A stretch of 64,000 bases of DNA. Source: a virus (lineage: Duplodnaviria > Caudoviricetes). Shown here piece after piece: positions 50,828 through 59,124 of the stretch (its first letter is position 1; every line of letters starts with the position of its first letter). A model generated the notes under the pieces. It searched no databases and was not told the DNA's origin. It was given only the letters and a program-made list of their open reading frames with translations. Where the stretch lies: IMG/VR virus record IMGVR_UViG_2608642293_000001, positions 1-64,000 of that record; one strand, given 5' to 3'. The translations under genes were made by a program, and so were the position numbers.

Positions 50828-51481
50828 ATGAAGAAGAGACTTTTAGCTAGTTTACTAACAGGATTATTAATTGTAGGAGTTTTACCAGTAGGTGCAAGTG
50901 CAGAATGGAAACGTGATAATACTGGATGGTGGTATTCTGATTGGGATTCATGGTACATAGGTTGGAAAGAAATAGACGGAAAATGGTATTATTTTGATTA
51001 TAATGGATACATGGCACATGATACAACAATAGACGGATATCAACTAGGATCAGATGGTGCAAGAATAGAAAGGATATATCAAGCAGGAGAGAAATGGATA
51101 GTTGATGGTCAATGGGAATTCACTATTAATTCAGTTGAATCTACAAAATACAGAAATGAATTTTGGGATAAAAACCCTGAACAAGTTGTAATTATTAATT
51201 ACTCTTACAAAAATTTAGGATACTCTAACAGTTATATGGATTTATATTTTAGTAGCTTTACTGTTATGGATGAAAAGGGAGTTGTTGCAGAGCTTTATCC
51301 AGCAAATACTAAATATTCTCCAAAAGAAACTCCTATTGGAGCAACATGTGACAAGGCACAAGCTGGATATGGATTATCTAATAAGAGTTCCTCAATAACA
51401 ATACAAGTGGAAGAATACTCTCATGACTCAAGCGGTAATAGTCAAAAACAAAAGGCAACATTTAAAGTACCAGTAAAATAA
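50828..51481 (+). CDS. Secreted cell-wall-binding repeat protein with DUF4352-like domain
   Basis: Signal peptide (ASA/EWK), GWKEIDGKWYYF repeat, Ig-like C-terminus. Confidence 0.8.
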   Translation: MKKRLLASLLTGLLIVGVLPVGASAEWKRDNTGWWYSDWDSWYIGWKEIDGKWYYFDYNGYMAHDTTIDGYQLGSDGARIERIYQAGEKWIVDGQWEFTINSVESTKYRNEFWDKNPEQVVIINYSYKNLGYSNSYMDLYFSSFTVMDEKGVVAELYPANTKYSPKETPIGATCDKAQAGYGLSNKSSSITIQVEEYSHDSSGNSQKQKATFKVPVK

Positions 51482-51500
51482 ATTATGTAAGGGGGATTTA

Positions 51501-52136
51501 ATGATGAAGAAAAAACTTATAGCTAGTGTATTAGCGTTGTTTACAATAATTAGTTTAGTTGGGTGTGGCAGTACTCAAACGACTGCGAGTGCAGATACAA
51601 AAGAAACTGTTAAGCAAGAAGATACTAACCCAAATGAGAAGACAGTAGATGGCATTAAATTTACATTAGAAGGTGTAACTAGAGAACCTGTAAAAGGGGA
51701 TAGAACAAAAGATGATTTTGCACAAAATAATGGAGAGTATTTTGCTATTGGACCTAAAGTTGTAAAAGCATCAGATTATGAAAATATAGTTATCAACCTA
51801 AAAATTGAAAATACTACAGATAAAGCAATTGAAATTTCAGAATATGGTTGGACCGCAAAGATGAAAGATGGATATAAATTAAATGATAGTTTAAACGATA
51901 AAGATATTGATAAACAAATAGCTTCGCATAATGATATTGAGGGAGCAATTAAAATATTAGTAGAAAAAAAATTAGACGTAAAAGAATTTAACTTAAATTA
52001 TAATTTAATTGACTACACTAATTTTGATAAAATGTTAGGTGAGGCTGTTTCTGGGAAAAGTGAAGCTGAATGTAAAGCTAAATACCCAGAACTTTTCAAA
52101 GAAAATTATGTTACATTTAATATTCAGGTTAACTGA
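51501..52136 (+). CDS. Lipoprotein, DUF4352-like
   Basis: Lipobox LVGC; INLKIENTTDK. Confidence 0.8.
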   Translation: MMKKKLIASVLALFTIISLVGCGSTQTTASADTKETVKQEDTNPNEKTVDGIKFTLEGVTREPVKGDRTKDDFAQNNGEYFAIGPKVVKASDYENIVINLKIENTTDKAIEISEYGWTAKMKDGYKLNDSLNDKDIDKQIASHNDIEGAIKILVEKKLDVKEFNLNYNLIDYTNFDKMLGEAVSGKSEAECKAKYPELFKENYVTFNIQVN

Positions 52137-52152
52137 TAGATTAAAGCTAGAA

Positions 52153-52305
52153 TTAAATTTCTAGCTTTTTTGTTGAGTAAATTATTATTCTATCTATCAA
52201 TATACCATATAAAACCAAAGGATCTACATGTCCAGTAAAAGTTAAAATTGCAACTACAATAATTAGCGTTATATAGAAATGAGATTTGCTTGAAATAAAG
52301 TCCAT
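52153..52305 (-). CDS. 50-aa two-helix membrane peptide (not in ORF track)
   Basis: MDFISSKSHFYITLIIVVAILTFTGHVDPLVLYGILIDRIIIYSTKKLEI; GAGGTG RBS. Confidence 0.55.
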   Translation of the reverse strand: MDFISSKSHFYITLIIVVAILTFTGHVDPLVLYGILIDRIIIYSTKKLEI

Positions 52306-52375
52306 AATACACCTCACAATATAATAATATTTTAATTATTTCCAATACATGGTAAAATATACGTGAGGTGATTTT

Positions 52376-52549
52376 GTGACTAAAAAAGTAGGCAAGTATG
52401 AGTATGAAAAAGCAGAAACAACATTTAACATTAACGATGAACTTGATATGGAAATATATAAATTTTTGCTAGAGAATAGTAAAGTTATAGGTAAAAGCAA
52501 TTATATAAAACAACTTTTGTATGAAAAAATGCTTAAGAGTAAGGAATAA
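52376..52549 (+). CDS. 57-aa ribbon-helix-helix-like protein (not in ORF track)
   Basis: GTG start after GAGGTG; ...TTFNINDELDMEIYKFL...GKSNYIKQLLYEKM; hairpin terminator 52535-52570. Confidence 0.6.
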   Translation: MTKKVGKYEYEKAETTFNINDELDMEIYKFLLENSKVIGKSNYIKQLLYEKMLKSKE

Positions 52550-52664
52550 ACCTTACTCTTATTTTTTTTTATAATTTTTTAATAAATTTCAGAAACTTTA
52601 GGAAACTTTATTAAATTTATTGCATAGAATAAACCATAAGATAAATGAAAAGGAGCTAGAATTT

Positions 52665-53555
52665 ATGAAAGATTATGAAATTTTAGGTATAGACATAGGA
52701 AATTGCACAACTAAGACTAGCACTGGAATAATATTCGATTCTAAAATTACAGATATTGAACCACTCGGAAAATCAGACATGCTATTCATGGATAAAAAAA
52801 CTTACTGGTTAGGAGAGGGCAATTATGATACCACCTATAAGAAAGTGGATAAACAGAGTTATTTAAAATTACTTTATGGAGCAATAGGGTTGAGCGAACA
52901 ATCTAGTAATAAAATCATCAACAATTGTATAGTTTTGGGACTGCCTTTAAGCCAGTTTAAGGAAGATAAAATGTCTTTAGTTAATATGGTTTTAGCTAAT
53001 AGAGAAAAAATTATAAGAATTAACAATACAGAAAAACAAATCATTATACAGGATGTTGAAGTGTTTCCAGAAGGCGTTGTAACGCTGCCAGATGATTATG
53101 AGGGAATAGTAATAGATATAGGCGGTAGGACAACAGATTGTGCTTTAGTGGTTAACGAGAGAGGTAGAAGAAGGGTTTTAAATCCTATAAGTCTGCCTAC
53201 CGGAACTATAAACTTATACAAAGATTTCATTAATAAGGTCAACAATAAATTTAGTTTAGATTTAGGGATGAATGATGCTGAACGGTTAATGTTGAATGGT
53301 TTATATTTGGATGGAAAGAGGACAAATATTAATTTTGCGGTTGAAGTTTATAAACAGTTTGTAGATAGTCTAATAAGCCGCTTACAGGTTGAGTATTCTT
53401 TGAGAACTAATCGCATTAGTCTTACAGGTGGGGGAGCATTATTGGTTTACGAGCAAATTAGAGATAGATTGGGTGATGGAGTAACCCTTCAGGATAGACC
53501 TACACTAGCAAATGCGAGGGCATATTATGAATTGGGGTGCAGCATATGGCAATAG
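52665..53555 (+). CDS. parM: ParM/StbA-family actin-like ATPase
   Basis: GIDIGNCTTK (phosphate 1), VFPEG, VIDIGGRTTD (phosphate 2), LTGGGA, ANARAY. Confidence 0.9.
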   Translation: MKDYEILGIDIGNCTTKTSTGIIFDSKITDIEPLGKSDMLFMDKKTYWLGEGNYDTTYKKVDKQSYLKLLYGAIGLSEQSSNKIINNCIVLGLPLSQFKEDKMSLVNMVLANREKIIRINNTEKQIIIQDVEVFPEGVVTLPDDYEGIVIDIGGRTTDCALVVNERGRRRVLNPISLPTGTINLYKDFINKVNNKFSLDLGMNDAERLMLNGLYLDGKRTNINFAVEVYKQFVDSLISRLQVEYSLRTNRISLTGGGALLVYEQIRDRLGDGVTLQDRPTLANARAYYELGCSIWQ

Positions 53556-53737
53556 TAAAAGCAGTCAGCTTTAAGAATAAAGAGCAGGATTTATTGGATC
53601 ATGTAGGAAAAAGAGATTTCAGTTACTATGTTAAAGATCTTATAAGAAAAGATATGAACGAAAAACTATCAAGCAAGGTACCTGGCAGAAACGAAAATAT
53701 TACAATTAAAAAAAGAAATATTAATTTTGAATTTTAG
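53546..53737 (+). CDS. ParR-like ribbon-helix-helix adaptor
   Basis: Overlaps the parM stop; VKAVSFK...FSYYVKDLIRKDM. Confidence 0.7.
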   Translation: MAIVKAVSFKNKEQDLLDHVGKRDFSYYVKDLIRKDMNEKLSSKVPGRNENITIKKRNINFEF

Positions 53738-53918
53738 GAGGTTTATTATGAAAAAATCAAATAAAAAAGAATCAAGTGAAAAGCCTGAAGTAAATATAAC
53801 TGATATTATAAAAGATTGGACTCAGAACTCTGAAATATTTAAGACTATGGTACCTAATATGAGTTTTAATGATTTGTTATTGTACTGCATAGAAAAGTTC
53901 ACCATTTTACCTAAATAA
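53727..53918 (+). CDS. Hypothetical protein (likely start MKKSNK)
   Basis: AGGAGG RBS; terminator 53930-53959. Confidence 0.6.
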   Translation: MNFRRFIMKKSNKKESSEKPEVNITDIIKDWTQNSEIFKTMVPNMSFNDLLLYCIEKFTILPK

Positions 53919-54085
53919 GCCACTTAAAAAGCCTAAATCTAAAATGATAGACTTAGGCTAAGGAGCTATCAGCTCTGCTTGCTGCGCTTCGCTTACGCTA
54001 ATAGCATATGCTACAAGTTTAAAAAAGTTTCCTGTTTATATATATCGGAGATCAATTTTAAGAATAAATTAAGATTTAGTTTAGT

Positions 54086-54154
54086 TTACAGAAAAGTTAT
54101 AACACCTACTGCAACAGTGTAAAATGCAATTGCTCCTAAAGTAAATGTGAACAT
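54086..54154 (-). CDS. 22-aa hydrophobic peptide (not in ORF track)
   Basis: MFTFTLGAIAFYTVAVGVITFL; GAGGTGAG RBS. Confidence 0.45.
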   Translation of the reverse strand: MFTFTLGAIAFYTVAVGVITFL

Positions 54155-54213
54155 TTTCTCACCTCACTTTTTATTAATATCTTTATTATTTACAATACTC
54201 AAATAATTATTCA

Positions 54214-54651
54214 ATGGAGGTTTATGAAATGAAAGAAATTACTATGAGTATTCATGATTTCATGGAAATTCAGAGAGGAAACCTTACATTAGAGGAATTA
54301 GAATTAGATTTAGATACTTTAGACAAAATAGCAGGAGAAATTCTCCAGAATCCTGAACTAAAAACGGCAGTTATTACATCAATAGCCTATATGAATATGC
54401 ATATGCGTGTTTATGCTGATGAAATGGACCAATTAAGAAGTGCTAAAGGTGAAATTGTAATAGTATTGCAAGTATGCATTGTTATTATATGTATTGTCAT
54501 GTGCTTGTTAGAAATCGCAAAATCCTTGATTGGAAATAGAAGTTCAGATGTAGGAAGTATTGTGATGAAATATCTTGCTGCTACAGTTGGAACTTGTTTA
54601 GTACCGAGAGTATTTACATGGATAGCACATTTATGCGGAATTAATGTATAA
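54214..54651 (+). CDS. Membrane protein with VirB2/TrbC pilin-like C-terminal half
   Basis: Internal VYA/D processing-like motif followed by two hydrophobic helices joined by a short loop. Confidence 0.6.
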   Translation: MEVYEMKEITMSIHDFMEIQRGNLTLEELELDLDTLDKIAGEILQNPELKTAVITSIAYMNMHMRVYADEMDQLRSAKGEIVIVLQVCIVIICIVMCLLEIAKSLIGNRSSDVGSIVMKYLAATVGTCLVPRVFTWIAHLCGINV

Positions 54652-54662
54652 GGAGTTTAATT

Positions 54663-54929
54663 ATGAATGAAAGTATATCTAATGCAATTCAAAACGGATT
54701 TGATAAAGTTTCTGATAGTATAAAGGATAAAATTTCTGGCTTTATGATCTATATTTTAAAATCTATAGGAAATTTTGCTTTAGAGAGTTCGGATATAGTT
54801 TGTCCGATAATTTGTTTAATAGCATTAGCTTTTTATATAGGCGGTAATAGAAAGGCTGGTAAATATGTTTCAGGATCATTTGTATTATATTTTATACTTC
54901 AAGCACTTAGAGGTTTTATAAAAGCATGA
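54663..54929 (+). CDS. Small two-TM membrane protein
   Basis: Hydrophobic hairpin; stop overlaps the ATPase start (ATGA). Confidence 0.7.
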   Translation: MNESISNAIQNGFDKVSDSIKDKISGFMIYILKSIGNFALESSDIVCPIICLIALAFYIGGNRKAGKYVSGSFVLYFILQALRGFIKA

Positions 54930-57271
54930 AAAGCCTAAAATTATCTAACTATTTTGAATTAGTGAAACCAACCTACCGTTATATTAAAATTACAAGCCAT
55001 AAATCGATTCGCAATTACAATTCTGATAACTTAAGCAAATTTATTGCCCTTACCTACAAAAGCCTTGACAGAAGAATAAGAAAAGAACAAAAGAAGATAT
55101 TCTTCGAAACAACCTTTAAAATTTCCTACATTATAGATATTCAAAATAATGATTGTAGTTTTTATTTCTTGGTTCCTGAAGTGTATTTAAATATGTTATT
55201 TGAGAAAATAACAGAGATATGGAATAAAGCTACTGTTGAAGTTCTAGAGGATCCAATTAAACCTATCTCGGACAATGCTGAAATGTACCAATTATCATAC
55301 AAAAAAGAAGACGCTCTAAGTTTAAAGGTAGATAAAAAATCAAACGAACCTTTAAATTCTATTTTATCAGTTATGGATATTTTAAAGGATGATGATAGAG
55401 TAACAATAATTTATAATTTCTTACCTATAAGCCAGTTTTCATGGTTAGAAAGATATTTAGGGACTATAGAAAAATTAAAAGAAAATAAAATGGTTGATAA
55501 AAAGCAGACATCAATAGAATATTTGATTAAAACTACTGTACTATTTGTTTCAAAAATGATAACAGATTTTCTAAATGTTGTTGATGATTTCACAGGAGGA
55601 AACCCAGAACAGGAGAAAAAAAGCCTTTATGATGTTGTTATAGGGTATATGCAGAACAGAAAAGAATTGTCTCCAGCTACTAAGAAAAAGAAGGAAAGTA
55701 CTGTCCTAGATACTCAAATTGTTGTATTTTCAGAAAGCAAAGATAATATACGAAAAACTAATAATGCTTTGAGTACATGCCAAGCCTATAGGGTTTTGGA
55801 TGAAGACAACGAACTTATGTATAAAAAAGTAAAAAAGAAGATAAGAAAAAAATTCAAGGATATAGAACAAACAGATTATAGAGTAGATTACAATACTATG
55901 AGTGTAGAAGAAGTAGGGAGCACTTGTTTACAAATTCCAGCAAGAAGCCTTTTATATCAATTTAAATTGAAATTTGTTAATGTAGAAGAAGTTCAAATAC
56001 CCGAGAAACTAAGGCAAGGTTACATTACATTAGGAACCAATAAATTCAAAGGGAAAACCTACGAAACTTACTTTGAAGATCATAAAGATATAGGTTCATT
56101 AGGTTTAGTGTTGTTGGCAAGGCAAGGCGGCGGGAAAACAACTTACTTATGCCATTATTCTAAAGATTGCTTATCTAGAAAAGAAAGTATAGTACACATA
56201 GATTTTATTAGAAACAACGAAGCTAGTAAAACAATTGAAAAAGTAGTGCCTAAAGAAGATCTAATAATATTAGATTTAAGCACAGAGGAAGGATTACAAG
56301 CTCTAGCATATAATGAGATTGAATTTACAGAAAATATATCTTTATTTGAAAGGCAGGCTCTAGCTAATAAAAAGGCTGAAATGACAATACAATTAGTAGA
56401 TAGCATAAATGATAATGGAGAACCTTTAAGCCCTAAAATGAGTCGTTATTTAAGTGCTGCAGCTAATGTTATATATATTAAGGAAAATACTACCTTGAAA
56501 GATGTTATAAGATGCCTACAGGATTATAAGTTTAGAGAAGAATCAATTAATACTTGTATTCCAGATGTATTAAAAGAGGAATTTGAAGAAGAAATACAAG
56601 CTTTAGAGGAATTAGATGAATACACAAAAGCTACAAAAGATAACCCAAGCCAAAAATGTGGAACTAAGGATAGTAAAATAGAAGGGATTTTGGACCGTAT
56701 AAGTTTACTAATGAGAGATTTTTATTTAAAGAAGATGTTTAAGAAGAATCCGAAGAATAATATAAATTTCGCTAAAGCCACAGAAGAAGGGAAAGTTATA
56801 TTAATTCGTATGCAACAAAGTAAGTTTAAGGACTATGCAAAGAATGTTATTACTACTTTCTTCATTACTAAAACATGGCTGGCATGTGAGCTTAGAGGGG
56901 ACTTATCCGAGACACAACGAAGAACTCATATAATTATAGATGAAATAAGTCAAACTAAAACAGCGGAAAGATTTTTAGAAAGTAAATTAACTCAAGGTAG
57001 AAAGTTTGGATTTAAACCAGTTCTAGCGCTCCAATATTTAGATCAGCTAGATAAGAAGACAATATATTCACTTAAAGGTGCTGGATGCAGTTTTATGCTG
57101 CTTAAAGGTGCTATAAAAGAAGACTTTGAGTATTTTAAAGATGAAATAGATAACTTTGAATATGAAGATTTAAAGGAAATGAGCAAGACATATAAATATC
57201 CATCGTTTAATATTATCCAGTATTCAGATGGAGTTACAAGTTTTATAACAGAATTGCCTAAACCAGTTTAA
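54926..57271 (+). CDS. VirB4/HerA-FtsK superfamily P-loop ATPase
   Basis: Walker A ARQGGGKT, Walker B HIIIDE, QGRKFG arginine finger, ALQYLDQL. Confidence 0.85.
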   Translation: MKSLKLSNYFELVKPTYRYIKITSHKSIRNYNSDNLSKFIALTYKSLDRRIRKEQKKIFFETTFKISYIIDIQNNDCSFYFLVPEVYLNMLFEKITEIWNKATVEVLEDPIKPISDNAEMYQLSYKKEDALSLKVDKKSNEPLNSILSVMDILKDDDRVTIIYNFLPISQFSWLERYLGTIEKLKENKMVDKKQTSIEYLIKTTVLFVSKMITDFLNVVDDFTGGNPEQEKKSLYDVVIGYMQNRKELSPATKKKKESTVLDTQIVVFSESKDNIRKTNNALSTCQAYRVLDEDNELMYKKVKKKIRKKFKDIEQTDYRVDYNTMSVEEVGSTCLQIPARSLLYQFKLKFVNVEEVQIPEKLRQGYITLGTNKFKGKTYETYFEDHKDIGSLGLVLLARQGGGKTTYLCHYSKDCLSRKESIVHIDFIRNNEASKTIEKVVPKEDLIILDLSTEEGLQALAYNEIEFTENISLFERQALANKKAEMTIQLVDSINDNGEPLSPKMSRYLSAAANVIYIKENTTLKDVIRCLQDYKFREESINTCIPDVLKEEFEEEIQALEELDEYTKATKDNPSQKCGTKDSKIEGILDRISLLMRDFYLKKMFKKNPKNNINFAKATEEGKVILIRMQQSKFKDYAKNVITTFFITKTWLACELRGDLSETQRRTHIIIDEISQTKTAERFLESKLTQGRKFGFKPVLALQYLDQLDKKTIYSLKGAGCSFMLLKGAIKEDFEYFKDEIDNFEYEDLKEMSKTYKYPSFNIIQYSDGVTSFITELPKPV

Positions 57272-57283
57272 AGACCAAGATAT

Positions 57284-57523
57284 TTAATTATCCTGGTCTT
57301 CCTCATTATCGAAATTATAATGTTGTTTGAAGTAGTGTAGGATTCTGTAAGAGCTTATTCCAAGTTCTTTAGATAACCTGAAAATCACGTTTACAGTTGG
57401 GTTACAAGCGCTAGGGTGCTTTTCCATTTTAGATAGATAAGATTTACTAACCCCAATTTTAAGAGCCAATTCAGTTAAAGAAAGTTCTTTTTCAGTTCGC
57501 TTTTCCTCGAGCAGGCAAACCAC
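57284..57523 (-). CDS. XRE HTH regulator
   Basis: LSLTELALKIGVSKSYLSKMEK. Confidence 0.85.
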   Translation of the reverse strand: MVCLLEEKRTEKELSLTELALKIGVSKSYLSKMEKHPSACNPTVNVIFRLSKELGISSYRILHYFKQHYNFDNEEDQDN

Positions 57524-57565
57524 CTCGGCTAAACAGATTTTTCATTTGTAATTGTAGTATATTTA

Positions 57566-57594
57566 TTATTCTACAATTATTATAATATTCCTCT
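57566..57594 (-). promoter_or_regulatory. Sigma-H-type promoter AGAGGAATA-N11-GTAGAATAA
   Basis: Matches RNAGGAWWW-N11/12-RNNGAATWW; upstream of the 57523 HTH gene. Confidence 0.65.
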
Positions 57595-58018
57595 ATTTTC
57601 TACAAAATTTTCAATAATTATTTTAAATATATTAGTTAGGTTTAAAATTATTGTAAATTTAAGACAAAAATAATCAATTATAATTATTGCTTTAAATACA
57701 TTTAAATTCGGACTATGTATTTTAAATGTATATCACAATAAAATGTAAAATATTTACATATTAGACCTAATATTCCATAAAAAATCAAGAAAATGCAATA
57801 TTGAAAGAAGGGACAAAACTCGAATTGAGTCTAACGGTTACTGTCAGTGAACGATTTTAGTTGTATAATTAGATTATAGGAATTGATCAATGTCTTATAG
57901 AAAAAAAGAGAGGGGTTATGAGAAAAAGTTAAAAAATTAACGAATAAAATTAATTGGATAGAAAAGCTTTGAATTGTAATTTTGGAAAACACTTAATATA
58001 TATGTATATCAGAAAAGC

Positions 58019-58246
58019 TTATTTAGGGTAAGGTTTTCTGATGCTAGTCCTACCAAGCAGAAAATCTGTACTAACTTCATAAAAATCAGCAAATAATTCA
58101 ATCATTTGAATAGATGGCTCATATGTACCATTTTCATAATGAGCGTATGCTGATCTAGATATATTAAGTTTTTTAGAGAGCTCGACCTGAGTGAGTTCGG
58201 CTTCGTTTCTAAGATATGTTAATCTTTTAGATAGCAATTTTATCAC
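58019..58246 (-). CDS. XRE HTH regulator
   Basis: LTQVELSKKLNISRSAYAHYENG...VSTDFLLG. Confidence 0.9.
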   Translation of the reverse strand: MIKLLSKRLTYLRNEAELTQVELSKKLNISRSAYAHYENGTYEPSIQMIELFADFYEVSTDFLLGRTSIRKPYPK

Positions 58247-58332
58247 CTCAACATAATTTTAGCAACAGGACTAGTAAATTGTGCCAAAATGTTAGCAAAA
58301 CGAACAAAATTACAGAAAAAGTAAAGAAGCAA

Positions 58333-58372
58333 GCAAACGTGTGTTTGCATATATCGGTATTTATGATATAAT
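58333..58372 (+). promoter_or_regulatory. Sigma-A promoter (TTGCAT-N16-TATAAT, extended TG) overlapped by SOS-box-like palindrome GCAAACGTGTGTTTGC
   Basis: Read directly from the sequence. Confidence 0.6.
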
Positions 58373-58428
58373 AAATTTAATGATTGAAATACAAAAAGCT
58401 ATAATATTAGAGACAGGAGTGTTATGTT

Positions 58429-58635
58429 ATGGAAAGAAAAACTTATGAAAATGATGAAGATTATATTTTGGAAGTTCTAGAAGAAGAGGAAGACAACTTA
58501 ACAGAGTTTATGAGGAATAATCTTCCGGATAATTTGAAATTTCAGTTTTCTAAATTTATAGCAGTACGTAATGCGATAGAAAAAATTAAAGAAAAAAACA
58601 TATTTAATAAAGAACTGTACAATAAAACTGTTTGA
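58429..58635 (+). CDS. Small hypothetical protein near the right att
   Basis: AGGAG RBS, own promoter, bidirectional terminator 58658-58694. Confidence 0.7.
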   Translation: MERKTYENDEDYILEVLEEEEDNLTEFMRNNLPDNLKFQFSKFIAVRNAIEKIKEKNIFNKELYNKTV

Positions 58636-58693
58636 TTTTTGCTAGTATAGTGATAATAAATAAAGGGCCAACTTGAGTAGTTGACCCTTTATT

Positions 58694-59119
58694 TCATAGA
58701 ATATTATATTCTTTTAATAACTTATATTTATCTCTGCTTACATTATTAGAACCATTTTCCCAACTGCACCAAGCTGTAATGCTTATATTAGTGAGATTAC
58801 ATACTTCCTTTATAGATAAGTTATTTTGTTTTCGATAGTTTAATAACTTTTCACTAGAGTTATTTGTTTCCTCCAAATATGTATCGTAAAAATATTTCGT
58901 ATCAAGATTGAAGTGAAGAGCTAATTTTTGTGAGATTTCTCGTCCAGGTAATTTTCTACCTAATTCAATATCTTTTATACATGATCCTTTACTAAAACCA
59001 ACTATTTCAGCCAATTTATCTTGAGTTAGGTCATTTTTTAATCGATGAAATTTTAACTTATCACCTATAGTTTTGCCAAAATCAAACATATTAATTTTAT
59101 ATGTAGTTAGAATGTTCAT
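58694..59119 (-). CDS. Twin XRE-HTH protein whose ATG lies in the att core; in frame with integrase 1 after excision
   Basis: Two HTHs (LTQDKLAEIVG...IELG; LSIKEVCNLTNIS...WENG); ATG is the CAT at 59117-59119. Confidence 0.88.
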   Translation of the reverse strand: MNILTTYKINMFDFGKTIGDKLKFHRLKNDLTQDKLAEIVGFSKGSCIKDIELGRKLPGREISQKLALHFNLDTKYFYDTYLEETNNSSEKLLNYRKQNNLSIKEVCNLTNISITAWCSWENGSNNVSRDKYKLLKEYNIL

Positions 59120-59124
59120 GGATT
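59101..59124. other. Right att junction of prophage 1
   Basis: Core CATGGATT at 59117-59124 and phage arm 59101-59118. Confidence 0.9.

Larger units (their letters stand above)
43..59124. mobile_element. Prophage 1, ~59.07 kb, Siphoviridae-like, apparently complete, integrated in cotJC
   Basis: Canonical order: integrase, immunity, replication, packaging, head, tail, lysis, accessory. Flanked by identical 8-mers CATGGATT (43-50; 59117-59124) with cotJC sequence outside each. Confidence 0.95.

Noticed and set aside
52665-57271. A separate integrated plasmid or ICE nested in the prophage
   Set aside because: No rep, relaxase, coupling protein, own recombinase or flanking repeats recognisable; it lies within the att-bounded phage.
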